Source: Enoplolaimus lenunculus
Taxonomy: Eukaryota
DNA length: 64,000 bases
NCBI GenBank assembly: GCA_030248215.1
Contig: JASANG010001649.1
Location: 124,001-188,000 of the forward strand
Reading direction: 5' to 3'
Shown piece after piece: positions 49,001 through 61,000 of this stretch. The notes beneath the pieces were generated by a model. The model had not been told where the DNA came from. It saw only the letters and a program-made list of their open reading frames with translations, and did no database searches. Made by a program: the position numbers and the translations under genes. Within the stretch, counting starts at the first letter, position 1. Each line of letters opens with the position of its first letter.

Positions 49001-52000
49001 CGGTAATCCGTACGTTGTGGGTTCGAGCCCCACCGCATCCGCAGCAAAATTATCGTGAAGGGCTCTATAAGGTACTGCTTAACTTTGAGTTAGCTTTAAA
49101 CTGAAGCTCTGTACCGTATCTTATATGACAATAAAAAACAGCTTGTAAAACATTCATAGCGGCCACATTTGTAAAAAGACTAATACACAGTAGGGGGCAA
49201 AGAGTTGCATATATATGTTTCGTGTATTTTTATATATTTTATAATTTTTTTTAAAGTTGAGTGCTTAAAAACTGCGGCCTCGTAACCAAAGCGGCCAGTT
49301 ATATTCACCCCCTTCGATAATTTTCAACCTTGTTTGTAAAATCATCGAAAACCGTTTTATGCGCTTCCTGAAAAATATTCAGCATCCACTAGCAAAGTGA
49401 GCTGGCTACGGGCTTGCTTATAACTTTCTGATGTTTCCTGTAATCATAGACGATGTCTTTATCACACACCATCATTATCACGAACTGCCAATTTTATCAT
49501 AAAAGCCATAATTCTAAGTCGGTTTTGTCAATACTGGCCGTCTTCCAGTTTACACTTGACTTCAGGCCACATTTGTCTATGTTTTTAGTGTCGTTAATAA
49601 TTAGTTTGAACGCGATCCTTGCTCTAAAAGCTTTTAATTGTTGTTTTCTACTTCTTAAAAGGTCGCTTTAGCTTTGAACTAAAAATAGTGAACACAGTTT
49701 TGCGTAGAAAACTTTTAAAGTATAAACTTTGCAAAATTATTTCTAAATCTTTGTACACTGCAAAAAATGGTGAGTCAAAATTTGACTCTGGCGGAGCAGC
49801 CCCAGACCAAGGAAAGAATTTACTAAATCTTTGTATATATACTGTCCGTTTTGTGGTATATATATCTACATATATACGGCCCAATTTTAACTAACTAAAG
49901 CAGATTTTTCTCAAATGTGTGCAGAAGCCAGTAGGTTTAGTGATTAATGAATTCATTTTTTCTCGATTCATTGCAATCCATTACTTATTAAAAACTCTAT
50001 GTGAGGACAGCTTATACTATAGTGGCCCGAATAAGAGATGGTAATATGAGGGGAGAGTCCACATTTTGAGTCCCAATCAATCGCTCAAGCTTTTGATACA
50101 AGTCAAATAAACGTTTAATTCAACGGATAATTGCAGTACCGGATAAATATCAGTGAAAGGTGGTGGTGCGTGGGTTAAAAATAACAATCAGTAACCGAAT
50201 AACAGGGGCATCCTCTGGAGAGGCCAAATAAATATCAGTCCCCCCTCTTTTTCGGGTCACAAAAGTAGACAGTAATTGACAACTTCTCCATTAAAATGAC
50301 TTGCTCGCGATATAGTCGAATTACGTTTTAACTATTGAGCTTCTACATCAGCTGTCCCCGAATCATGTAATTGCTAACGATGATATGTTTACAGTTAAAG
50401 TTAACTTACGATCGACAAAACGATGGACGTAAAGTCCGAAAATCTGTGGTTAATATACGGCACTTTATACTCTTCCCCTTTAAAAACTTAAGCGTGTAAG
50501 CCTATGTCAAAGTCTAGAGACTAAGCGGTACTTGATTCGTTTTACGTACCCTACACTAGTGTTAATTTAATAGAAGGCAAAAATTACACGTCACAGTGTT
50601 TATATTAGATTATCACAGGCTTAGACCCAGGCTCTTGGGTGTACTCATACGCTCAGATTCGTTACGTGTGGGAACAAAGTTGCATGTTATTGAAAGTAAG
50701 CAAATACTGGCTTTTAAGCGTATGCCTGAGCTAAAATAGAATGTGCCAAAGCCAAGACCTATGACAAAAGCGGAAAATTTCACAAGAGCCAAAATTGTAG
50801 AACAAGTCTTCAGTTGTTTTAGGGCAAAATTTAGAAAACGTAAACGCCAATTTGTATTATTTTGGCTTCCAAATTTCTAACAAGACCACTATATATTTGC
50901 TTTATAATTCCCGCTGTTTAGATTGCAATAAACCCCATTTTCCTGTTTACACCCTGGCGCTATACACATTTAGACATACTGGAGCAACCTCTGAGTTCCA
51001 ACGCTGACCTCAGTCTGTCTCTCTATCCAGTAAGCTTAACTAAACCGATGAATAAAGATTATATATTACAAATAAATAGCCAATCAAATATCGCAACAGT
51101 TTGTCAGCAATATGCATATAAATGTTGCTTTGCCCGTCTACATAAGCGGGTACGTGCCGAAATGGGAGCCGGGGTGGGGTTTATCCCCCGGAAAAATTTT
51201 AATCCTACACAAAGTTTTCAACCTTGCTTGTAAAGGCCTCGAAAACCCTTGCATGCCCTTCCTGATAAATTTTTAGACCCCCCTAGCATAGTGAGCTGAC
51301 TACGGGCCGGTACATAGGCCAGTAACTGCCGGTAGCTCCACCAGCTTGTTGGCAGGATTTCATTTCGAGGGGGTATAATCTTATTTAGAAGTGTTTTGAG
51401 AAGGTTATTCTAAAGTCTGTAAAAGTTGTCTGTCGCGGTTGACAGAGTTATGCCCTCTCGAAATGAAATCTAAGCTTGGGTACCGGTACAACTTTCCTCA
51501 ACCGTCAAGGAATTACAAGGGCCTAAAGGAAAAAGAGGCAAAAACTGGTTTCAGATTAAGTATTGTGCGTTGTTTATTGAAAGCCTGGTTCCGTTCACTA
51601 TGTATATAGTCAGGCTCACAGCTAGCTCGCCTTGCTAGGAGGGTGGCTGAAAATTTTCAGGAGGGACATATAAGCCGTTTTCGATGACTTAGAAGCAATC
51701 CTGAAAATTTTGTTGGGAGTCAAAATTTTTTACCGGAATAGAGGTGGGAAGCTGAGCGCCCCTGGCCTCCCTCTTGCTACTGGCGCGTGCGTAGTCTTTG
51801 GTTCAGTGTATGTATACCAAGCGATACAATATATCGGATGATGTATTGATACATGCCGGTTTACCTATATATAGTGGCTTGTGTGTATTGTTTACATATT
51901 TGGTTCTCTGGTTTTAGCTGAAAGTGGTTTCGCTCTTTGAATCTGAATGCATAGACGCTGAGATGCAGGGTGCAATCGGAAGTGATAAATACCGGAACCG

Positions 52001-55000
52001 GATTCGGAGGTCAGCGAAGTTAGGCGGAGCCGGAGGTGAAGCCGGAGGTTAGGCGAAATTAGTCAATAAAAATGATGTTTAATTCGCTAATTTTAGTAGT
52101 TATCTGTAAGGTATTAAATCTTTTTGTTTTACGTTTATTTTTTAAGAAATCTTGGCAATTTTTTTCTCAAAATTGTACAAAAAGTTGAAGCGAAATGCAC
52201 TGAACAAATAAATTTTGTAAAACTTTGCAAAATTTCACTACCGAATTTGCCAGATCCTCTTGCAGAAATTTCAGCGTAGCTAAAGCCGGAGGTCGATTTT
52301 CTGTCTGAACCGGAGGCAGGCCTTCGGTTGTACCCTGGCTGATAGATATGTGCAGGGGGGCGCAGCTGTACGCTACTTAGTTCCGTAAGCCATTTTTATA
52401 TCGGTAGGTAATTATTTAGAATTAGAAAAATATGGGAAATTTGCTACTGCAGCAGCTTATAGTCATAATTTCCCCACCGAACCTTACGGTTACACCCCTC
52501 AACCCAATTGACGGCGATAATGTCTCAGACTGTCAGGAATGTGACTTGCATAGTTCCGGTCAACATAGCAAGCTAGAAATTTTTTTCACCTCTTACGTAT
52601 AAGTGTTTTTTGCGTGTCTTTCATGACATTTTTGAGCGTTATTCTCAATATCCCCTTGTATACTCGCTTTGCATAACTGTTTTGATTGTATACTAATGTT
52701 AGAATATCGGTCTGTTTTTATCGATACGGACACTACGCTATAGTTGATTCAGGCTTCGTCAGTTACCCTCTTTCAGATTAAAATGTTGGCCAATGCTACT
52801 TTGATGGGCGTAACAGTAGATTAGGCGTATTCCTAAGCCTAAGCCTAAGCGTTGCAAAAATAAGTTCCTAAGCCTAAGCAAAAAATGAAACCTATAATCT
52901 AAACCTACTCTTTTATAGACCCACAAGAAATCGGGAAGCCCCTTTAAACATGAACCGAAATGTTTATAAACAGTAATTATAATGTCACCTTACGAACACC
53001 TCATATCACGTGCGTTATCTGCGGTTTTTAGACACCCAATCCATGACCCAAGAAACGTTTTGCGAATGTTGCAAAGGCATTTAATACTAAAATTACTTCT
53101 AGCTCAGCTTTTCTTCATAGACCTACATGGATGACCATCAGTGAGATTAAAGTGCGGGCATAGTGCTTGTTGGCGCGTGATGGCGTGGGGCGGAATTGGC
53201 AGCCGAATAGGGCAGACGACCCATATGAGGCAAAAATGGGACAAAAATCGGAAGATAAAATTTGCTCGGCGTTGAAAATTTTAGCTCAAAATTAAGCTGA
53301 AAATTTTAGCTAAAAATTTAGCTAAAAATTTTTTCAGTAGATTAAATACCTGTAACTTTAATTGATCATCGAATTTTTCTTGTCTACCGCTTGCTAAATT
53401 CCGTTTTATACTGTACTAAATAAGTAAGTCTCTGATTAGGTATTAATTGCATAACAATTATGGAAATCAACATAAAAACGCTGAATTGCTTTTAATTTTG
53501 TGTTGTATAACGGTAAAATTTTTGTGCGGTCGGTAAGGCAACGTTTTTCGTTTTCCCCCATGTGGCGGCTACACAGAAATTGTCCGTAGCGCAGGAGACA
53601 GGGTTGGGCGACCACATGCCGCCTCACTTTCATCTGTCCGCATGATAACAGCGCACGAATGGGACCTAGCGATCGAATCACCCTTACTAACCCACACAAA
53701 ACTTAAATTTTTCATTGGCGTACATTAATTTTAAAATTGTGTTAAGATTTCCGCTCGCTTCTACAACAGCACACCCAATTGAAAATCTTGGCAACACGCC
53801 TGTCTCAAATACACAACGAAATCATTTTTATAAACCATCATTTACACCGTACAATGGCATACCTACTCATCTTCTGCGCGGCACGTTTCAAAATTTATAA
53901 CCCTCGTCTTTCGAAAAGCTCTATTTAGTAGTCAAAAATTTCAAAAATGCTTAAATTTTCACAGCGTTTTACAATTGTAATTTTATTGCGTATTTCAAGC
54001 ATTGATATATTTACGTGAACAGTATAATATTTGCTAGAATTGCAAGCTTAGAGCTGTTAAATGTTAATGGAACCATGCACCTGTTGTTAGCTCGGTTTCA
54101 GAGTTTTGCCGGATGCCTTTGATAATGCTATATAATTGAAATAAGCTGTCATCTGGTTTACGATAGTTTTCTGGAGTGTGGCGCAACGCCGTAACTTTGT
54201 AAAAATGTGTAGGAAGTTGTTTCTAATGCTTTTTCTCGTAGTTTTCGGTGTTTTTTGATAGTTTTTTGTGTTTTCAGAATATCTGCTAATAATTAGTGCG
54301 TAAGTATGAAAATTCATAGATTCATAGCGAAATATTGTTCATCAGGCATTTAATTGCTTTAACAATATTAACTTTTGCTTTTTATAGGTCTACCGGCATT
54401 TGCTATAACCTCGACTTATAGTGTCGGTTCCAAACGCCAAAGACTCAAGAAACCGAGACCTGCCAAGTACCGAGACATACCGAGACTGAGACTTAGACTG
54501 CCGTTCCTGCTTTTAGCTACCTTTCTTTTATAGAACCTACGGAGGGAAACTGGGTGCCCTTAAAAGGAACATAGGCCAAACGAATATCGCAACTGAACGC
54601 AACGCTACAAAAACATAGAATAGCATAATAGGGACGTTGTTAAACTGTTACAAATGCATCGACGTGAGTTGTTAAACTTTGTTCAAACAACACAAATAGC
54701 CCAAAACTGTGTACAATTTTACCATGTATCGGAGCAAATAGATGACATCATACAATCCAAGTGACAATTTTACACGTCAGAATTTTGACAAATGCTTACG
54801 AACGAAGCCAGCGGGTATCAAACGAACTTTAAAATTAAGTCGTTTTGCAAAATTGTCCCTTTTGGATCGAGCATGCTCTTTTTTCCCCTTAGAAAATTGG
54901 CACATATGTTTCATATAGTTAAAATTGCGTTTCATACTTTTGCCAGCCAGCTCCTGTCATAAATTTCTAGATGCGCCGCTGAGGCTAAGCTCCTCTTGCT

Positions 55001-58000
55001 TGCCATTGGCGGTTTACGTGTAAAAAAGAGAACCAAGAAGCCGAACGCAACTTTTAGTGTTTTAGTGTTCATTTTTCGCTATTGTCTGATCACCAGTTCA
55101 CTATGATCAAGTAAATATTTTAGCACTCGGCTAACGGTCTGGGAAAGCCGAAATCCAACAATTTTTGGGCAAATGACATCTGGGGTTTGGATATCGTCAG
55201 AGACCCGAAAGAGCATTCTTGTATATATACTAGCTAAGCTATGTCATTATTTTCCTATAAACATATTGTTTTAAACAAATCTGATATATAAATTTGAACA
55301 TTTCTATGTTTGTACTTTAAACATCACTTGACTTGTGTCGTTACTAAAATATGACACGAACTATTTGTGGTGGTCAAAAATTTAAGCTTCCGCACTTGAG
55401 ACTAGAAGTTATAAAATAGAAAAGATAAGAGACACACGAGAAAACTTTTAGAGGGCAAATTATTCGTTCTTATTATAGAGTATACTGATTACACTTATAC
55501 ATTTAAATATTAAAATATCGCTCAACATCGAGTTTTTTTATTTGAGTTAAAATTAACATCCTTTAGCGTTACTAATTTTTACGCTATGTAAGTTATACAA
55601 TCAGCATTTGAATCATTAATATTAATTTAAATTTTTCATTAATTATAAAGAATCTACGATAATTCGTCGCCCGCTGGCGGAGTCGAATTTTGACTCAGTT
55701 TGTGTAGTCCGGAAAACCTATTTCGGAGAGAGTCAATTTCACTCACCATTTTCTCAGTGTAAAGCCAATGAATATATAAGCACAATCGCCTAAGTGTAAT
55801 CCTAAGCCTGAAGCTTAAACATAGTGGCGGGTGCCGAATTGTTGAGATAATGAAATTTCGGATTGCAACTTATCGGGTGTTGAATTGCCGTGATACCAAA
55901 TATAAATAATTAACTGATTCAATGTTACAAATTTTGACCCGAGTGTACCCTGGATTTTAATTGGGTATGGCATAATCTCGTAGTTGACGAGTTGACAACT
56001 TGTGTACAGTGGGATTTTTTAAATTCTGTTTAAACTGTTTTTTCTTGTCTCTAGAAATTTCGAGAGGAGATATATACTCGCTAGCTAACCCCCGTGTATG
56101 CGCCCAGGCCCGTAGAGAGCTCGCCTTGCTAGGCGGAGCAAAAAAATTTCATGAGGGTCATACATGAGTTTTCGATGACTTACAAGCAAAGTTGAATATT
56201 TTCTAACGGGGGCCAAAATTCTTTCAGGGAGAGGGTTGAGCCTCCCTGGGTTACCGACCCGTATGCGTCCCTGAAATTGGCTTAATAAAAAGACTATCAA
56301 CATAATCCAGTCTCAAGCTTTAGTTCAAGCGTGGTGTAGGAAACGTGCACAAGTTTCAGTTCTGACTACGCAATGGTTCAAGATCAGGCCTCAATGCTTC
56401 TCAGAACAGAAGTGCTTTACCCTTGAATATATGCTTTCCCAAAGACATCAAAAACTTTGGTAGTTTGTGTACAAAGTGATGAGCTGTAATGCTTCACGTT
56501 GTTTATGCACTGCTTAATGTTTTACACAACGTAACACAGGATTGTTATTGTCTGCGTACGCACTGTATTTTATTTATGCTTCTTTTCAAGCTGCGGTGGG
56601 CTTTTGTCTACATTTTTCAAGCGATACACAGAGAATGATTTTTTGGTGGCCGGGTCCAGTGTCGCATGAATATATGACCCCCACCGAAAAATGACCCCGG
56701 ACACATTTTAATGAGGGTTCGAATTTTTATAGTTCTGTCGTGCGAATAAAATGATCCCCATTAAAAAGTGACCCCCGGTTATCTTTGAACGGCCAATATA
56801 GTAATGAAATATTGAGCTCCATGAAAAATTGACCCCCGTTTCAATCCAGCCAAAGGTTGCTGCGCAAATGACCTGAAGCTGCTAAATAAACGTACTAAAT
56901 ATAACGCTTTTCTTCTTGGTAGGTGCTTTCACCGAGTTGTCATTCAATACACTTGCAGATGCCTAATGTGCACACTATGAAGTTGAGCGAAATTAACAGT
57001 TGTCACTCATCATAGTTGTTTTTGCTTGTTAGGTTTTAAGTCTGCGTTTATGACCATGTAATTTAGTAATACTAACGTTTCTTAAAGCATGATTGTGTTA
57101 AAATTAGTATCGACGTCGGCACCGGCAGATGTAGGTTTGGCATTGGAAAAATTTTAGTGTCGGCACGGCATATCACTATTTTCTAGTTGAGTTTCCGACT
57201 GTACACTAATATAGCCCACATATATCTGCAAAAAATGGCTAACACTTCACACGCTCCGTACTCAGAAATAAGAAAATGTCTCGAAACCGTTAATGTTGGC
57301 CTTGGCACTAGTTTGGGGGGAGTGGACTTGGACCAACGTGGAATGCCCACCGAAAAAGTCAATGTTCTTCAAGGCAGGCCGAGCCTCTCCTGGTCTCAGT
57401 ATACTGTTGGTGGGTACTTTACGAAAATCAGTGCCGGCTGAAGCACCCTCCAAACCTCCAATTGAGGGGTGCCCTGAGGGCCCATCGTGACAAATTAAAA
57501 AATTTTCGCGGATCGCGAACTTACAGAGCTGTGAATCATTTGATCGCGAGCATCTCAGACCTGTCTGGGGGACTATCCTAATCAGGGATTGGCCGGATAT
57601 CCGGTTCCGGTTTAATATCCGGCAAAATGCGACATCCGTAAACGGATCCGTTATCCGGTATAAACCTACCAGATACCGTATATTTGCCGTTGTGGTTCCA
57701 AATATCATAAAGCTGCTTTTTACATGTCGAAATAACTACTAGATATTAGCGGAGGTACGGAAGGCGCACCCCTCTAAAATTTTGATAAGAAATGGTCCAT
57801 CCTACAGATCTCGATGAACTGAATTCAACGGCACCATTTTTATGGCTGCATCACCAACGGTTCAGAAGTTACGGCCCTAGAAAGTATAATGCAAACACGC
57901 ATAGATTGGAATAGGACGTATCTATCATTAACATGTTCGTAAAATATAAGCTTAACCAGTTTTATTCTGTTCACAAATTTAATTCTTGTTTGTACATGTT

Positions 58001-61000
58001 TTATATGGAAAAAGTTAAAATTTAACGCACCATAACTAGAACCGGGACCCTGTAGCGCGAAAAAGGTACCGTTGAACTCAGCGCGTCGAAATCTATAAAG
58101 TGAACTATTTTTTATTAAATTCTTAGACGGGACCATATCCTGTACCTTCGCCCTAGATATTTTGCAGCGACTGCAATTTCGGACAAGTCAAGAGTGGACA
58201 CTGACACAAAATGAAAAATCCAAGCCAAAAATTAATCTTGAATACACAAATACATATTTTTGCATGAGTTAAATACTTTCAACAGTGCATAAATTTATAC
58301 CCTACATCCGGTTAATATCGGGCTCCAGTTGCGGTACTAATATTACCATCCGGTATCCAGTAAACTTAATATCCGGTCGATGCCTAATCCTAATGCTAGC
58401 CCTGACCGAAATTTTGAGTCAATCTTTTTTCATTTCAGTCAAGAGGGAGCCTGGGGCAGTCCCTCCTGCAATACTTTTGCGTCCCCCCAAAGAAATTTTC
58501 AACCTTGCTTATTACTCAACTAAAACGCTTGTATGCCTTTCCTGTAAATTTTTAAGCCCCCTACAATTATTTTCAAGTTACGCGACTGGCCTACATTTTT
58601 GAACTTAATAAGATTATGCAAGGTTTAATCCTCTCGTGTGGTGAATGAAGAGAGCCTTAGTACGCGAAACATACTTTTAGAAGTTGAAAAGTGTTGTTAA
58701 ACTTACGCGTATTTTTGCTGTGAAACTTAAAAGAGTCTGAATATTTTTCACATTTTATTCCGTAGCGGTAATGGAAATTTCTGAGAAGGCCATGCGATAT
58801 ATAATCTTGAAAAAAAACTGTTCAGCGAAGCCAGCGAGAAGCTATACGCAATTTTAGTACTAAATGTTGCATACATCATTTGGCTTTGTTCTCTTTTGAC
58901 GTTCATGAGTTGAGTTTCCCTTGGCTACGCCAGTTTTATTCTTGCCAGGGTTAATTTCATAGGTAACCGTAACAGATGGTATGTATACGAAGATGGTAAT
59001 AAGATAACTGAGCGGAAATATGATGATAAGAGTGGGAGATTAACATGGGCGTAGCCAGGAATTTACTATTTGGGGTCTTGCCAATTACCTTCGTTTAATG
59101 GATTTGTTTATAAGTCAATTCGTATTAGTTAGCATTTAGGTTTATTATTTAACAGAAATAAATTTTTACATCATTTGGCTTTGTTCTCTTTTGACGTTCA
59201 TGAGTTGAGTTTCCCTTGGCTACGCCAGTTTTATTCTTGCCAGGGTTAATTTCATAGGTAACCGTAACAGATGGTATGTATACGAAGATGGTAATAAGAT
59301 AACTGAGCGGAAATATGATGATAAGAGTGGGAGATTAACATGGGCGTAGCCAGGAATTTACTATTTGGGGTCTTGCCAATTACCTTCGTTTATATGGATT
59401 TGTTTATAAGTCAATTCGTATTAGTTAGCATTTAGGTTTATTATTTAACAGAAATAAATTTTTCAAAGTCATTCAAAGGGACTTTACCCCCCCCCCCTTG
59501 CCCCCTTCCCTCCACCGTTTAACGAATCGTACGAAGGCAACGGAAATGAGTAATGATAACAGAATAAGTTTTATTTATATCCGCAGGATGTATCGTTTTT
59601 CAACAAGTTTAGATTTAGTTCGTTCAATTATTAGGACTCTGATTGGACTTCCCTCGATTGATATGAAAAGGGGAGCCAGAATAGGCGAGGCATCTTCGCC
59701 GGCTATCATCATACTGTATTTGGCAAGGTGGAGTAGTGTAGACGTATTGTCGCACATTTTGCTGGGGATTAAATATTGTTTATGATGGGCATACAAGACT
59801 TTTCGATGACTTACAAGCAAAATTGAATTTTTCTAGGAAGGGAAAAATTGTTCCGGGGGGGGGGGGGCTGAGCTCCTCTGGTCCCTCTCTGGCTACGGGC
59901 CCGTTTTATTTTCGGCGGCCAGGCAGCTTGTCGCGAAACTTAGGATATGCTTAATGACAGTTTTTAAGTGCGTAACGATTTTCAAGTGCATCACTGGTGG
60001 AATTTCTCGGCGCCTAAACCCTATAAGCTCGCTACGGATTTGAAGAGGTTATAAACGCCATCCTAATCCCGAGCCTAAGCGTGATAGTGCGCTAAAGCTT
60101 GTGCAGTTGATGATATTTCGGACAGCAAATGGTTTGCCGACAAATTGTCGGGCGATTTGATTTATTATACGAGCTTTAGGATTTACAGTTAATCGTATGT
60201 TGTTTTCATATACCATTAGCAGCGGATTTAGGAATTTTTGATGGGAGGGCCGGTTGGCAAAAGTTAACGCATTTTTTACTGTATGCTATATATGTGCAAA
60301 TTTTCTGAGGCGAAAAATTGTATGGTAGGAGGGCGAGAGCCTTACCATTTTATCGCGAAAATTTTTCTGACGGTGGAGCGTACACCCCACCCCCACACTC
60401 CCTCGTGTTCCGCTTGGGCACACCTTGACTATGCTCAAATTGCTGAGCTAGCAATTATAATTTTTATTATATTTTCAGAATAATAATACTGAAGAAGACC
60501 AAAATCAACAACAGCAATCGCATAACTACACACCGTCTCGTAGCAATGTAATTAATACTTCGCGGCGTACAGCATTTGTACCTCCTCAACGTCCAATTTG
60601 CCAACCAGCTAGCGCTGAATCACCGTTTCAGCCAACATTTGTACCCGTTATCAAGATGGATCATCCTATTGTTACGAGTTCCCCTCAACATTCGGTTGCC
60701 CCAAGCAACAACCAAGACCCAACCGCACCTCGACGATTTATATCGCCAGGTCCTGTTCCAGCTGGCAGACTCGAAGTAAAGCCGCATCCGGAACAAATAT
60801 TTTCATGTTTATCAGCCGAAAATGTCAGTCAAACCGGGGGCGACCCGACGCATCTCGATCACTATTATTGTTCCGGTTGTAGCCCTGCGTGTGGGCATAC
60901 AGCCCACCCCCCTGGGGGTCCCGTACCCCCAGCTTATATGGGATACGGAGGGGTCCAGCCGCATACGGGCCATCAAATGAGCTCACATTGTGGATGCGAG

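Noticed and set aside
57187..57708. Cluster of ORFs on both strands as an extra exon or nested gene
   Set aside because: No recognisable motif or consistent splice phases; partly overlaps ATCCGG-rich transposon sequence.
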